Shown here piece by piece: positions 51,428 through 62,343 of a stretch of 64,000 nt of DNA. The translations under genes were made by a program, and so were the position numbers. The DNA lies in the NCBI GenBank assembly GCA_001510135.1, contig LFER01000063.1:6879-70878 (forward strand), in the 5' to 3' direction. The stretch's first letter is position 1. Each line of letters begins with the position of its first letter. The stretch comes from Alphaproteobacteria bacterium casp-alpha6. Its GTDB lineage: Bacteria > Pseudomonadota > Alphaproteobacteria > Rhodobacterales > Rhodobacteraceae. Under the pieces are notes generated by a model. The model had not been told where the DNA came from. It saw nothing but the letters and a program-made list of their open reading frames with translations, and ran no database searches.

Positions 51428-53239
51428 ATGTCCGTAAACCGCACTTTGCACAAAGTTACAGAACGGATCATGGAAAGATCCGAGCGCACCCGTGCAGCTT
51501 ATTTAACGCGGATGAAGACAGCGGCGGGTGAAGGGCCAAGGCGTGCACATTTGACATGCGGCAACCAAGCCCATGCCTATGCGGCTATGGGGCAGGATCA
51601 AAAAGGTCTTGCAGAAGGACATGCTCCAAATATCGGGATCATCAGCGCATTTAACGACATGCTGTCGGCCCATCAGCCTTTTGCGGGATTCCCGGATATC
51701 ATCAAAACTGCGGCCCGCGCTCATGGGGCGACTGCACAGGTTGCCGGTGGGGTACCGGCAATGTGCGATGGGGTCACTCAAGGGCAGACCGGGATGGAAT
51801 TGTCCTTGATTTCACGTGATGTGATCGCCATGGCGAGCGGGATCGCGCTTTCCCACAACACATTTGACGCGGCCATTTATTTGGGTGTTTGCGACAAAAT
51901 CGTACCCGGTCTTGTCATTGCGGCCGCGACTTTTGGATATCTTCCCGGCATTTTCCTGCCAGCTGGACCAATGCCATCGGGTCTTCCTAACGATGAAAAA
52001 GCCAAGGTCCGCCAAAAATTTGCAACCGGCGAGGTCGGCAGAGAAGAACTTATGCGCGCCGAAATGGCCAGCTACCATTCACCTGGCACCTGCACATTTT
52101 ATGGTACCGCAAATTCCAATCAGATGCTGATGGAGGTTATGGGATTGCACCTTCCGGGCGCCTCTTTCGTCAATCCAGGTACAGAGATGCGAAAGGCCCT
52201 GACCGTCTTCGGGGTAGAGCAGCTTCTGCGCCTGACTGCGCTTGGCAATGCCTATAGACCCGTTTTTGACATTCTGGATGAAAAAGCCTTTGTGAACGGG
52301 ATTGTCGGCCTTATGGCAACAGGAGGATCAACCAACCTTGTGCTGCATCTTCCGGCTATGGCGCAGGCGGCAGGGATCATACTCACCTTACAAGATTTCG
52401 AAGATATCGCGGCGATCACGCCGCTGATGGCCAAAGTCTATCCAAACGGGCTTGCCGACGTGAACCATTTCCATGCGGCGGGTGGGCTTGGATATCTCAT
52501 GTCCAAATTGCTGGATGCGGGACTGTTGCATGAGGACGTCAAAACAGTCATGGGAGACGGCCTTACCCCCTACACAAAGGACCCCAAATTAACAGCGGAT
52601 GGGATTCGCTTTGTCGATGGCCCTAGTAAGAGCTTGAACGATAAAATTCTTCGACCCGTCGAAGACCCCTTCCAAGAGACGGGCGGTTTAAAGCGGCTCA
52701 GCGGTTCTTTGGGCGAAGGTATTATGAAAATCTCCGCTGTCTCTTCGCAACGCCATATCATCAAAGCCCCCGTGCGCATATTTCACACTCAAGAAGCGGT
52801 CAAAGAGGCCTTCAAAGCAGGTGAATTCACGCAAGACACGATCATCGTCGTCCGCTTTCAGGGACCCAAGGCCAATGGCATGCCAGAATTGCATAGTCTG
52901 ACGCCAACTCTTTCGGTTTTGCAAGATCGCGGTCTACAGGTTGCCCTTGTCACAGATGGGCGGATGTCCGGCGCCTCCGGCAAGGTGCCAGCCGCCATCC
53001 ATATGACGCCAGAGGCTGCAGCAGGCGGACCGCTTGCCAAACTTCAAGACGGGGATATGGTGTCTGTGGATGCTGTCGCCGGCACAATCGATGTTTTGGA
53101 AAGCGATTTCAAACATCGAACCCCTGCAAAAATGGATTTGAGCGATAATCAATTCGGGACTGGGCGCGAATTATTTTCCCTGTTTCGTCAAAATGCAGCC
53201 TCCGCCTCAGAGGGCGGTGGCGTTTTCAGATTTTTTTAA
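51428..53239 (+). CDS. edd: phosphogluconate dehydratase
   Basis: 603-aa IlvD/Edd family ORF (..MCDGVTQG.., ..CDKIVPG..) followed by eda, the Entner-Doudoroff pair. Confidence 0.93.
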   Translation: MSVNRTLHKVTERIMERSERTRAAYLTRMKTAAGEGPRRAHLTCGNQAHAYAAMGQDQKGLAEGHAPNIGIISAFNDMLSAHQPFAGFPDIIKTAARAHGATAQVAGGVPAMCDGVTQGQTGMELSLISRDVIAMASGIALSHNTFDAAIYLGVCDKIVPGLVIAAATFGYLPGIFLPAGPMPSGLPNDEKAKVRQKFATGEVGREELMRAEMASYHSPGTCTFYGTANSNQMLMEVMGLHLPGASFVNPGTEMRKALTVFGVEQLLRLTALGNAYRPVFDILDEKAFVNGIVGLMATGGSTNLVLHLPAMAQAAGIILTLQDFEDIAAITPLMAKVYPNGLADVNHFHAAGGLGYLMSKLLDAGLLHEDVKTVMGDGLTPYTKDPKLTADGIRFVDGPSKSLNDKILRPVEDPFQETGGLKRLSGSLGEGIMKISAVSSQRHIIKAPVRIFHTQEAVKEAFKAGEFTQDTIIVVRFQGPKANGMPELHSLTPTLSVLQDRGLQVALVTDGRMSGASGKVPAAIHMTPEAAAGGPLAKLQDGDMVSVDAVAGTIDVLESDFKHRTPAKMDLSDNQFGTGRELFSLFRQNAASASEGGGVFRFF

Positions 53240-53244
53240 ATGGA

Positions 53245-53901
53245 TTGGATGGCGTCATGACCCCTGAACTTGCGAGCCAAGGCACCGAACGCCTTTGCAG
53301 ACTGGCCCCCGTTATCCCAGTTTTGGTGGTGGAGGATGTCGCCCATGCGGCACCTTTGGCGAAAGCCTTGATTGCCGGAGGTTTACCGGTCTTAGAGGTC
53401 ACATTACGCACCCCAGCCGCGCTTGAAGTGATTCAAGAAATGTCGCAGGTTGAAGGCGGCTATGTTGGGGCCGGCACGCTGTTGAGCAAAGCGGATGTCA
53501 GCGCCGCCCGTCAAGCGGGAGCAACCTTTGGAGTATCCCCGGGCGCCACAGACAGCCTTCTTTACGCCTGTGAAGAAGAAGACCTGCCCCTACTGCCCGG
53601 AGCGGCCACTGCAAGCGAAGTCATGCGCCTTTTTGAACGGGGGTACCGTGTGCAAAAGTTTTTCCCAGCTGAGGCCAATGGGGGTGTTGCAGCCCTGAAA
53701 GCCATAGGCGCCCCCTTGCCACAGGTGAAATTTTGCCCAACGGGCGGTGTGTCTCTTTCCAATGCACCAGCCTATTTGGCCCTCTCCAACACGCTTTGCG
53801 TCGGGGGCAGCTGGGTCGCCCCAAAACAGTTTGTTTTGGAAGAAAATTGGCAAGCGATCTCGGACTTAGCCCATGACGCGTCTCGCCTTCTGAGGGGATA
53901 A
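53245..53901 (+). CDS. eda: KDPG/KHG aldolase
   Basis: 218-aa ORF. ..PVIPVLVV.., ..LEVTLRTP.., ..KFFPAEA.GG.. and ..FCPTGG.. are the Eda signatures. Start may be 53257. Confidence 0.92.
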   Translation: MDGVMTPELASQGTERLCRLAPVIPVLVVEDVAHAAPLAKALIAGGLPVLEVTLRTPAALEVIQEMSQVEGGYVGAGTLLSKADVSAARQAGATFGVSPGATDSLLYACEEEDLPLLPGAATASEVMRLFERGYRVQKFFPAEANGGVAALKAIGAPLPQVKFCPTGGVSLSNAPAYLALSNTLCVGGSWVAPKQFVLEENWQAISDLAHDASRLLRG

Positions 53902-53941
53902 AAAAGGGAAGCGCGAACCACACTCCCCCATATTTGTCAAC

Positions 53942-54286
53942 CTATGGCTGATTGGGCTGTGAAAGATAAAGTCCAACAACACCCACACAAATCAACCCAA
54001 TTGAACCGAGCTTAACAGGCGTCATGGTTTCGCGAAAAAACCATATCCCAATAATGGACGTCAAAATAACGCCCAGCCCCGCCCAAACAGCATAGGCAAT
54101 CGACAATTCTATACGTTTAATCGCAAGAATGATGAATATCCCAGAGCACATGTAACCCACCATCATCGTTGCGGACGGGATAGCCTTAGTGAAACCGGCG
54201 GACAATTTCATTGAGGTGGTCGCCATCACCTCACTTAGGATCGCTGCTAGAAGCAGCAGCCAATAGACATACATTTTGGTCTCCAT
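53942..54286 (-). CDS. SMR family small multidrug efflux protein
   Basis: 114-aa ORF (about 110 aa from MYVYWLLL..). Four TM spans and the conserved membrane Glu in ..AILSEVMATTSMK... Confidence 0.87.
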   Translation of the reverse strand: METKMYVYWLLLLAAILSEVMATTSMKLSAGFTKAIPSATMMVGYMCSGIFIILAIKRIELSIAYAVWAGLGVILTSIIGIWFFRETMTPVKLGSIGLICVGVVGLYLSQPNQP

Positions 54287-54460
54287 TCCAATAAGGTATC
54301 AGCCCATCAGAAACCACTTCTGATGCGTTTGCCCGCTATCAGATTTCCCACCGCTTAATGGCCGGATAGCAAAACTGTCAGAGAACCCTCCTCCTCGATC
54401 TTACGGGATGTCTTCCCAAAGCAATCTTAGGTATATAAAAGTATCAAAATAAATCCATCA

Positions 54461-54748
54461 TTAATTGATGTCACTTGATGATCGCGGCCGACCCCGCCAG
54501 CCACCACGCCGGCGTGGACTTGCAAGAGTTGTCAGACCCTCTTGAAGCGTGGCGGTCATCGGGTGGTCTGGCGAACGGGTTTCGTAGAGCGAAAGCACCT
54601 CTTTAATCACTGCCTGCGTATCTTTCTCAATGGGAACGCCCAGAGCCCAATCAAGAAAAATGCTACGACATTCCCCTGCCGTAATGCCCTCAATGTTATA
54701 GGCCTCACTGATCAACCCCTTTGGATCGTTCTCGTCACCCTTCTTCAT
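54461..54748 (-). CDS. hypothetical protein (95 aa)
   Basis: Track ORF trimmed to Met-12 (MKKGDENDPKGLISEAYNIEGITAGECRSIFLDWALG..). Start overlaps the glnE stop by 14 nt, suggesting co-translation. No family recognised. Confidence 0.55.
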   Translation of the reverse strand: MKKGDENDPKGLISEAYNIEGITAGECRSIFLDWALGVPIEKDTQAVIKEVLSLYETRSPDHPMTATLQEGLTTLASPRRRGGWRGRPRSSSDIN

Positions 54749-57533
54749 ACGTGTCCTCAACAATAGGCAAAGCGCCATCAATTATGGCGGAAACTTCTTC
54801 TGTTTTTGCACCCAATTCTTCCTTTAAGGTTTCAAGATCGAGGTAATCCGTCAAGGTCAAAACAAATCGTTTTGCGCCTTCGGCGGTGCGTTCTTCTTCA
54901 AAATCACTCTGCCCCAGCAATTGCGCTGCCACCCTGAGGTTCCAAAGAAGGGCGTAGGTATTTTCCATCTTTGCACCCTGCGGCTCTGTCAGCACACCTG
55001 CCCTAACGGCACTTTGCAGGCCGGACAGGACATCGCGCGCGCTTCCACCATCCAAAAGACGTCCAAGCTGGGCCATCATTTCAATATCTTGAAGGCGACC
55101 TGCACCTTCTTTGATCTCCCAAACCTGCGCCGCCCCTTTGGCACGCGCGATGCGCAAGCGCATTTTGGACAGTGCCCGTTTGGCGGCATCTGGCGGCGTT
55201 TGCCCCATCAATGATACGCGAAAGTTTTCGACCTCCTGCCCAAACGCTTGGGGACCCGCGATCACGCGCGCGCGGCTCAGCGCCAGATGTTCCCAGATCC
55301 AAGCTTCGCCCATTTGATAGCTTTGAAAAGCGCTCCATGAGGTCGCAACCGGCCCTTTATTTCCCGAAGGACGCAAGCGCATGTCGACTTCATAAAGCTT
55401 ACCTTCCGCCATTGGGACAGTCATGGCTGTGACCAAAGCTTGCGTCAGACGTGCATAATATTGGCGCGATGGCAAAGGACGTTTGCCCTCTGACATATCT
55501 GCGTCCCCCGCGTCATAAATCACAATCAGGTCAAGGTCAGAGCTGGAATGCAAACGCCCAAGCCCAAGAGAACCCATCCCCAAAACCACCGCGCCCCTAC
55601 CCGGGGGGTGTCCGTGTTTTGTGGCAAACTGTCCAATCACTTCGGGCCAAAGGCCTGAGATTACCGCTTCGGCAAGCTCTCCATATTGGCGCGCGGCTTC
55701 CTTTGCCCCTAAAAGCCCGCGCAACAGATGCACACCGATGCGGAAATGCCATTCTTTGCTCCAACGTCGGGTCGCATCCAGCTTTGCCTCATAATCGCCA
55801 AGCACCCCAAGACGGTCGGAAAGATCTTTACAAAGAGCCTCTTTTCCCGGCCAGTCATCCCAAAAGCTACCCCCAATCACCGCATCAAAGACTTGCGCAT
55901 TGCGCGACAGATACTGCGCCAAGACTGGAGAACTTGCGACGATATCTATCAAAAGGTCAATGAGCTTTGGAAACGCCTCAAACATTGCAAAAAGCTGAAC
56001 GCCCGTGGGAAGCCCAGCCAAAAATCCGTCAAAGGCAATAAACGCCTCCTGCGGTTTTCCGGCTGTTTTCAATCGACGGATTAATTCGGGTTTTAGCCGT
56101 TCAAACGTCTTTAGTGCACGTTTTGAACGCAGGGCAGGATATGTCAGCCAACCCGCGACGATATTTTCAAAGCTCTCATCCCTGTCCTCATTTTCAGGGG
56201 CCTGTTTTCCGGCATGAGACGAAGACGCAAAAAAACCTTCGGTGAGGGCATGAACCGCCTCTAGCCGGCTTCGAATTTCTTTCTTAAGATCCGCCTCATC
56301 TTTATCCATAAGACAGGCTAGACGCGCAAACCCTTCCTCTGAGGCTGGTAAACTGTGAGTTTGCGCATCATGCATCATTTGCAACCGATGTTCGACCGTT
56401 CTATGTGCCCGATAATGATCTGACAATGTTTGTGCGACATCGGCACCAATCCACCCCTGCTCTGCCAGTTTACTTAGTCCAATCACGGTTTGACGTTCAC
56501 GAAGCGACGGATCACGACCGCCGGAAATCAATTGGCGGGTCTGTGTGAAAAATTCGATTTCCCGAATCCCTCCTCGGCCCAATTTCATGTTATGGCCTTC
56601 CAAAGTGATCGGCCCACCCAAACCTTTATGATCACGAATAGCTAAACGCATGTTATGGGCATCTTCAATCGCCGTGAAATCAAGATGTTTACGCCACACA
56701 AAAGGTTGCATACGCTCTAAAAATGCCGAACCAGCGGATAAATCGCCGCCACAAACGCGCGCTTTTATATAGGCCGCCCTTTCCCAGGTGCGCCCCAAGC
56801 TTTCGTAATAGCGTTCTGCTGCATCCGTGCCGATGCATACAGGTGTTACAGAGGGATCAGGACGCAACCGTAAATCAGTGCGAAAGACATAACCCTCCGC
56901 AGTCAGATCATTCAGTGTCGCCGACATCTCGCGAGTGGCCTTTATAAAAGCGCTTCGCGCGTCATGAAAATCTGCCAGATCAAAGCGGCTGTCGTCAAAG
57001 AGGCAAATGAGATCAATATCTGAGGAATAGTTGAGCTCTCCTGCACCCATTTTGCCCATGGCCAAAACAAACACCCCTGCTGTTTCCGGATTATCATCCG
57101 CGCGAAATCCCGGAATTTTTTTACGCTCCGCTTGACGTTGAACCGCCACGTTCAGAGCCGCGCTCACTGCATGGTCAGCAAAATCGCTTAACGCTCCGGT
57201 CACTTCTTCCAAAGACCAAGCTCCCGCCAAATCACATAGCGCCACCCATAGAGCGATCCGCCGTTTTGCCTGTCTGAGCGTCAGAGGAATATTCTTATCT
57301 ATTGTTATTGCCTTTATCGTTTGCTCCGGCACATTGCCCGAGGTGGAAAGCACCTCATTGAGCCACAGATGTTCCCTGTCGATCAGAGATTTAAGATACG
57401 GGCTTGTTCCAGCAACCCCCTTGATAAAGCCCCGTATCTCTTTGGGATGGTCGCTAAAACGCTCAGCGCTCTCGCCGCCAAGCGTTTCAGAATAGGGGCG
57501 TGGGACGCGCTGAATCACTTTGGAAAATGTCAT
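54735..57533 (-). CDS. glnE: bifunctional glutamine synthetase adenylyltransferase / adenylyl-removing enzyme
   Basis: 932-aa ORF with two nucleotidyltransferase repeats (..GKMGAGELNYSSDIDLI.. and ..GMGSLGLGRLHSSSDLDLIV..), each followed by a GlnE-type helical domain. Confidence 0.94.
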   Translation of the reverse strand: MTFSKVIQRVPRPYSETLGGESAERFSDHPKEIRGFIKGVAGTSPYLKSLIDREHLWLNEVLSTSGNVPEQTIKAITIDKNIPLTLRQAKRRIALWVALCDLAGAWSLEEVTGALSDFADHAVSAALNVAVQRQAERKKIPGFRADDNPETAGVFVLAMGKMGAGELNYSSDIDLICLFDDSRFDLADFHDARSAFIKATREMSATLNDLTAEGYVFRTDLRLRPDPSVTPVCIGTDAAERYYESLGRTWERAAYIKARVCGGDLSAGSAFLERMQPFVWRKHLDFTAIEDAHNMRLAIRDHKGLGGPITLEGHNMKLGRGGIREIEFFTQTRQLISGGRDPSLRERQTVIGLSKLAEQGWIGADVAQTLSDHYRAHRTVEHRLQMMHDAQTHSLPASEEGFARLACLMDKDEADLKKEIRSRLEAVHALTEGFFASSSHAGKQAPENEDRDESFENIVAGWLTYPALRSKRALKTFERLKPELIRRLKTAGKPQEAFIAFDGFLAGLPTGVQLFAMFEAFPKLIDLLIDIVASSPVLAQYLSRNAQVFDAVIGGSFWDDWPGKEALCKDLSDRLGVLGDYEAKLDATRRWSKEWHFRIGVHLLRGLLGAKEAARQYGELAEAVISGLWPEVIGQFATKHGHPPGRGAVVLGMGSLGLGRLHSSSDLDLIVIYDAGDADMSEGKRPLPSRQYYARLTQALVTAMTVPMAEGKLYEVDMRLRPSGNKGPVATSWSAFQSYQMGEAWIWEHLALSRARVIAGPQAFGQEVENFRVSLMGQTPPDAAKRALSKMRLRIARAKGAAQVWEIKEGAGRLQDIEMMAQLGRLLDGGSARDVLSGLQSAVRAGVLTEPQGAKMENTYALLWNLRVAAQLLGQSDFEEERTAEGAKRFVLTLTDYLDLETLKEELGAKTEEVSAIIDGALPIVEDTYEEG

Positions 57534-57724
57534 GCGCCGAGTTTATGCGAAGCCATACCGTGGTCAATGGCCCAGTGCCTTCCTTACGTTAAATGCCGAA
57601 AAAACTGGGTTTTGGGGGATCAATAAAAAAATGTAAAAAAGATTCACATCCCTCTTGAAGACTGAAACACCCATCTCCATATCTGATAATGTGAATAGCA
57701 TTTACATAGACTGGAGAGTAAAAA

Positions 57725-58147
57725 ATGAATACTGCCGCCACGCTTGAATACGCACCGCGCCAAAGTTGGTTTGGTCGTGCTGAGGATTGGTTAGACAGAA
57801 AGGGAAAAGGCGCCTGGATGATCGCCATGGTATTTGGTTTCATCTTTTTCTGGCCTATCGGTCTGGCCCTTCTTGCCTATATGATTTGGAGTAAAAAAAT
57901 GTTTGGAATGTCTTGTAATCTTCGCACCAGCGCCGAGAGAAATCATACTATGATGGCAACATCAGGGAATTCGGCATTTGATGCGTATAAGGAAGATACC
58001 TTAAACCGGTTGGAACGCGAACAGGATCAATTTCACGCATTTCTGGATCGTTTACGCCAAGCCAAGGACAAAGCGGAATTTGATCAATTCATGGACGAGA
58101 GAGAAAAGCAAAATAACGAAAATAATAATCCAGCATCAGCCTCATAA
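57725..58147 (+). CDS. DUF2852 domain-containing membrane protein
   Basis: 140-aa ORF. ..GAWMIAMVFGFIFFWPIGLALLAYMIW.. TM hairpin followed by a charged helical tail (..FDAYKEDTLNRLEREQDQFHAFLDRLRQAKDKAEFDQFM..), as in DUF2852. Confidence 0.78.
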   Translation: MNTAATLEYAPRQSWFGRAEDWLDRKGKGAWMIAMVFGFIFFWPIGLALLAYMIWSKKMFGMSCNLRTSAERNHTMMATSGNSAFDAYKEDTLNRLEREQDQFHAFLDRLRQAKDKAEFDQFMDEREKQNNENNNPASAS

Positions 58148-58170
58148 AATTACATCTCTCTAACAAAATA

Positions 58171-58216
58171 GACCCTGGCGAAGAAGTCACTCGCCCGGGT
58201 CGATTGGGTTTTATTT
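58171..58216 (+). terminator. possible Rho-independent terminator after DUF2852 gene
   Basis: Stem gaccctggcga / tcgcccgggtc (11 bp, one mismatch, loop agaagtcac). The T-rich tract ttttattt begins 7 nt after the stem, so the spacing is non-canonical. Confidence 0.4.
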
Positions 58217-58490
58217 AGAGGAAAAAAATTTTTAACCAAATTGCAAAAACTGCATCTTCTATTACATTTTCACCCAGCTCGCGCAAAGTTCCGGTAACAG
58301 AACCGAAATTCTTACATTGTGAAGGTAATATCAAACCGGAGGTTTCAACGCAGTGAATATTATTAAACTATCTGACGCAGACAATTGGTCACATAAATAC
58401 CATGATACCTCTCAGACCCTATTCTAATTTGACGGGAGTTTTGTATTTTGAAATATTGCGAAAAGTCATAAGCTTTGCTACCCTTTAAAC

Positions 58491-59309
58491 ATGCGCCATA
58501 CGCTTCCTATCGCCCCGCAATTTTACGTGACGGCACCTCAGCCTTGTCCGTACCTAGAAGGTCGACAGGAAAGAAAGCTTTTTACTGCGCTTCAAGGGGA
58601 AGAGGCGCAGCGGTTGAATGATAAACTGTCCCAGCAGGGATTTCGCCGTTCACAAAATGTGCTGTACCGTCCGTCCTGTACGGAATGCTGTGCGTGCCTC
58701 TCGGCGCGTATCGATGTCAACAAATTCAAGCTCAGCAAAAGCCAAAAGCGGGTATTGAACAAAAACAAACATTTAGAAAGAAAACCTTCTTCGCCTTGGG
58801 CGACAGAAGATCAATATCAGCTGTTTAGAAAATATTTGACCGCGCGTCATGCTACGGGCGGAATGGCAGATATGGATGTGTTTGAATTTGCGGCGATGAT
58901 CGAAGAAACACCCATACGCACCCGCGTGATCGAATACACCCAAAACGGACAACTTTTGGCTGTTGCCCTCACCGATTTGATCGAAGACGGCTTGAGTATG
59001 GTCTACTCCTTTTACGAACCCAAACCCAGCGACCTCTCTATCGGAACGTATCTGATTCTAGATCACATCAATTTGGCGCGTGAAGCGGGATTAGGATATC
59101 TCTATCTTGGTTATTGGGTGCCTGGCAGTCCCAAAATGGGGTACAAAGCCAATTTTTCGGGTTTGGAAATTTACTTTCAAAATAAATGGCAACCTCTTGA
59201 AAATCCTGATGCATTTTCCGCTGAGCTGCATCCGATGAACACAGTGCCAATTGCAGAACAGGTGGCTAATCTTTCGCTTCCCGATAGCAAACCTGTTTCT
59301 CTACGATGA
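58491..59309 (+). CDS. bpt: arginyl/leucyl-tRNA--protein transferase (Ate1/Bpt family)
   Basis: 272-aa ORF. ..[22 protein letters not shown].., ..[16 protein letters not shown].. and ..LYLGYWV.. are typical of bacterial Bpt. Confidence 0.88.
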   Translation: MRHTLPIAPQFYVTAPQPCPYLEGRQERKLFTALQGEEAQRLNDKLSQQGFRRSQNVLYRPSCTECCACLSARIDVNKFKLSKSQKRVLNKNKHLERKPSSPWATEDQYQLFRKYLTARHATGGMADMDVFEFAAMIEETPIRTRVIEYTQNGQLLAVALTDLIEDGLSMVYSFYEPKPSDLSIGTYLILDHINLAREAGLGYLYLGYWVPGSPKMGYKANFSGLEIYFQNKWQPLENPDAFSAELHPMNTVPIAEQVANLSLPDSKPVSLR

Positions 59310-59397
59310 CGACGTCGCAATATCGTGACGCTTTGCCTACTGGACCTCTCAAACCCTATATCCTATATAAAAACTCAGGAAACACACAGGATATCCC

Positions 59398-59760
59398 ATG
59401 ACTGACGCCACACCTCCTCTTGAAGGTACGCCGCTTATCGCGCCATCAAGCACGGATCATCCCCTTTACGAAACTTTGGTAGAGGCCTGCCGCACCGTCT
59501 ATGACCCTGAAATCCCAGTGAATATTTTCGACTTGGGGCTGATTTACACGATAGAAGTAAGCGACGAAAATGAAGTCAGCATCGCAATGACCCTAACCGC
59601 ACCCGGCTGCCCTGTTGCGGGTGACATGCCCGGTTGGGTGGCTGAGGCGATTGAACCGATTGCAGGTGTTAAACAGGTTGATGTGGCCTTGGTCTGGGAA
59701 CCCCCATGGGGTATGGATATGATGAGCGACGAAGCACGCCTTGAATTAGGTTTTATGTAA
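59398..59760 (+). CDS. sufT: DUF59/MIP18-type Fe-S cluster assembly protein (SufT-like)
   Basis: 120-aa ORF. ..VYDPEIPVNIFDLGLIY.. and ..MTLTAPGCPVAG.. are the DUF59 signature. Confidence 0.82.
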   Translation: MTDATPPLEGTPLIAPSSTDHPLYETLVEACRTVYDPEIPVNIFDLGLIYTIEVSDENEVSIAMTLTAPGCPVAGDMPGWVAEAIEPIAGVKQVDVALVWEPPWGMDMMSDEARLELGFM

Positions 59761-59774
59761 AAGGGACCAACACA

Positions 59775-60125
59775 ATGTTTGGCATTCCGGGAAAGCAAGC
59801 TGTAACTCTCACGCCCAAAGCTGTTGCGCAGGTGTTAAAGCTTATGGAGGGCAAGGGCCATGTCGGTCTGCGCCTTGGTGTGAAAAAAGGTGGCTGTGCC
59901 GGTATGGAATACACGATGGAATTCGTGGACCAGATCGACAATCATGATGAAGTTATAGAACAGAATGGGGCCAGAGTGATGATCGCCCCCATGGCTCAAA
60001 TGTTTTTATTTGGAACAGAAATTGACTATGAAAGTTCCCTGTTAGAATCTGGGTTTAAGTTCAACAATCCGAATGTGACCGAAGCTTGCGGATGCGGTGA
60101 ATCAATCAAATTCGCTGGCATGTAG
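59775..60125 (+). CDS. A-type Fe-S cluster carrier (HesB/IscA/SufA family)
   Basis: 116-aa ORF. ..LRLGVKKGGCAGMEY.. and C-terminal ..CGCGESIKF cysteine triad. Confidence 0.9.
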   Translation: MFGIPGKQAVTLTPKAVAQVLKLMEGKGHVGLRLGVKKGGCAGMEYTMEFVDQIDNHDEVIEQNGARVMIAPMAQMFLFGTEIDYESSLLESGFKFNNPNVTEACGCGESIKFAGM

Positions 60126-60183
60126 TGGCAGACAGAGCATTAAAGTTATTTATGCCTTCAATTCAACAGGACTAAAAGCTGCA

Positions 60184-60921
60184 ATGAAAAAACTCGCCGC
60201 CGGCAATTGGAAAATGAATGGCTCTTTAAACAGTCTTTCAGAGATTCAAACGCTGGCAACGCGCCACGCCGCTTCAGCCATTGATATTCTGATCTGCGTT
60301 CCTGCGCCTTACCTGATACCGGCGATGCAACTTGCGCCGCCCCTTCAGATTGGTGCTCAGGATTGCCATCATATCCAGAAAGGGGCACATACGGGCGATA
60401 TATCGGCCGGTATGATTGCCGACACCGGGGCAACGTATGTTATTGTCGGCCATTCCGAAAGACGGGCAGATCATAATGAAACAGACGCTCTTGTTCGCCA
60501 AAAGGCGCTCGCCGCCCAAGGCGCAGGGCTTTGCCCGATTATCTGTATCGGCGAGACGCTCGAAGAACGCGAAAGCGGAGAGGCGCTGAACGTGATAAAA
60601 GAACAGCTTACTGGATCTCTGGACCCCGCTTTGAAATGCGCCTCTTTTGTTATTGCCTATGAACCCGTTTGGGCGATTGGCACTGGGCTTGTCCCGTCGG
60701 CGTCACAAATAGAAGAAGTACATGGATTTTGCCGCCGACACCTTGTCTCTGAATATGGGAGTGCCGCAGTTGATGTACCTTTACTTTACGGCGGTTCCGT
60801 CAAAGGCAGCAATGCAGCCGAAATCTTTGCCGTGAAAGACGTTAACGGTGCACTTGTGGGTGGTGCAAGCCTTCTGGCAGATGATTTTTCCGCCATTATA
60901 GACGGATTGGAAAACGCCTGA
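60184..60921 (+). CDS. tpiA: triose-phosphate isomerase
   Basis: Start moved to ATG 60184 (MKKLAAGNWKMNG..). ..VGHSERR.. and ..AYEPVWAIGTG.. motifs. Confidence 0.95.
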   Translation: MKKLAAGNWKMNGSLNSLSEIQTLATRHAASAIDILICVPAPYLIPAMQLAPPLQIGAQDCHHIQKGAHTGDISAGMIADTGATYVIVGHSERRADHNETDALVRQKALAAQGAGLCPIICIGETLEERESGEALNVIKEQLTGSLDPALKCASFVIAYEPVWAIGTGLVPSASQIEEVHGFCRRHLVSEYGSAAVDVPLLYGGSVKGSNAAEIFAVKDVNGALVGGASLLADDFSAIIDGLENA

Positions 60922-60942
60922 ACCCTCGCTTAGGCGTTCCTT

Positions 60943-62340
60943 TTATTTTACTATGATTTCTGGCCCCATCACCATTGTCGGCAGCCAAGTCGACAAGAAC
61001 GGAAGATAGGTTACCATAATCAGGAAGATGAACAGCACACCCAAAAACGGCAGGGCCGCTCTCACGACGCGCATCATTGGCATACCTGCAACGCCAGAGG
61101 TCACAAAAAGGTTCAGCCCCACGGGTGGAGTGATCATTCCAATCTCCATATTGACCACCATGATGATCCCAAGGTGGATCGGGTCGATTCCAAGCTCAAT
61201 CGCAATCGGGAAAACCAGCGGTGCGACAATCAGGATCAGGCCAGAAGGCTCCATAAACTGACCGCCGATCAACAGGATCACGTTCACCATGACGAGGAAC
61301 ATGATGGGACCGAGCCCGGCAGAAAGCATGGAATTGGCAATGGCCTGCGGAATTTGCTCGTCCGTCAACACATGTTTTAGGATCAGGGCATTGGCGATGA
61401 TAAACATAAGTGTGATCGTCAGCTTGCCAGCTTCCAGGAGCGTCTTGCGCGTATCCTCATGCCAGAACGCCGTCACAAGCGCCTGAGGTTTCTTGTAAAG
61501 CGGAATTGGGGAGGCCCCGTCTTTACCCGCCAGAGGCCCCATGTCGCGATAGACAAAAGTTGCGATGATGAACGCATAGACAGAGGCCACAGCCGCGGCT
61601 TCTGTTGGGGTGAAAAGAGCCTTTATGCCGAGCGGCGGGATACCATAGATCCCAACCATAATGATGACCATCAAAAATAGGCCCCAGCCCGCATCGCGCG
61701 CGGAGGCAAAAACTTCGCCCCAGCCGAGCCATTCGCCTTTCGGCATATTTCGGATACGCGCCAATATATAGATCGCGAGCATAAGCATAAGGCCAGCGAG
61801 AAGCCCCGGAATAACACCAGCTAGAAACATTCGACCGACCGAAACATCGGTCGCCGCAGCATAGACCACCATAACGATCGACGGCGGGATCAGGATGCCC
61901 AGCGTTCCCGCATTACAAATTACGCCTGCAGCAAATTCCTTTGTATATCCTGCCTGACGCATCGCCGCGATTACGATTGTCCCGACTGCGACCACTGTCG
62001 CCGGAGACGAACCGGAAAGAGCGGCAAACATCATACAGGCGAAAACACCGGAGATCGCCAGACCGCCCTGAAAATGTCCAACCACAGCGACAGAAAATCG
62101 GATGATCCGCCGGGCAACACCGCCTGTCGACATGAAGCTTGAGGCGAGTATAAAGAACGGAATCGCAAGCAAGGTCGCGTGACCTGCCATTGCCTGAAAT
62201 AGGGTCTGGGCAATCGACGCCAGCGACGATTCAGAGAACATCAACAAGAAAAGGATTGACGAAAATCCAAGCGAAACCGCGATCGGCACCCCGATCATCA
62301 GCAATCCGATAATCATTGCAAAGAGAAGAACAACATCCAT
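60943..62340 (-). CDS. dctM: TRAP transporter large permease
   Basis: 465-aa polytopic ORF of DctM type, following the small-permease gene with a 3-nt gap. Confidence 0.9.
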   Translation of the reverse strand: MDVVLLFAMIIGLLMIGVPIAVSLGFSSILFLLMFSESSLASIAQTLFQAMAGHATLLAIPFFILASSFMSTGGVARRIIRFSVAVVGHFQGGLAISGVFACMMFAALSGSSPATVVAVGTIVIAAMRQAGYTKEFAAGVICNAGTLGILIPPSIVMVVYAAATDVSVGRMFLAGVIPGLLAGLMLMLAIYILARIRNMPKGEWLGWGEVFASARDAGWGLFLMVIIMVGIYGIPPLGIKALFTPTEAAAVASVYAFIIATFVYRDMGPLAGKDGASPIPLYKKPQALVTAFWHEDTRKTLLEAGKLTITLMFIIANALILKHVLTDEQIPQAIANSMLSAGLGPIMFLVMVNVILLIGGQFMEPSGLILIVAPLVFPIAIELGIDPIHLGIIMVVNMEIGMITPPVGLNLFVTSGVAGMPMMRVVRAALPFLGVLFIFLIMVTYLPFLSTWLPTMVMGPEIIVK

Positions 62341-62343
62341 AGA

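Noticed and set aside
55451-55963. 170-aa plus-strand ORF (and neighbours 55728..56084 and 54921..55214) within glnE
   Set aside because: Antisense shadows of a 932-aa conserved gene. The products are Pro/Arg/Gln-rich.
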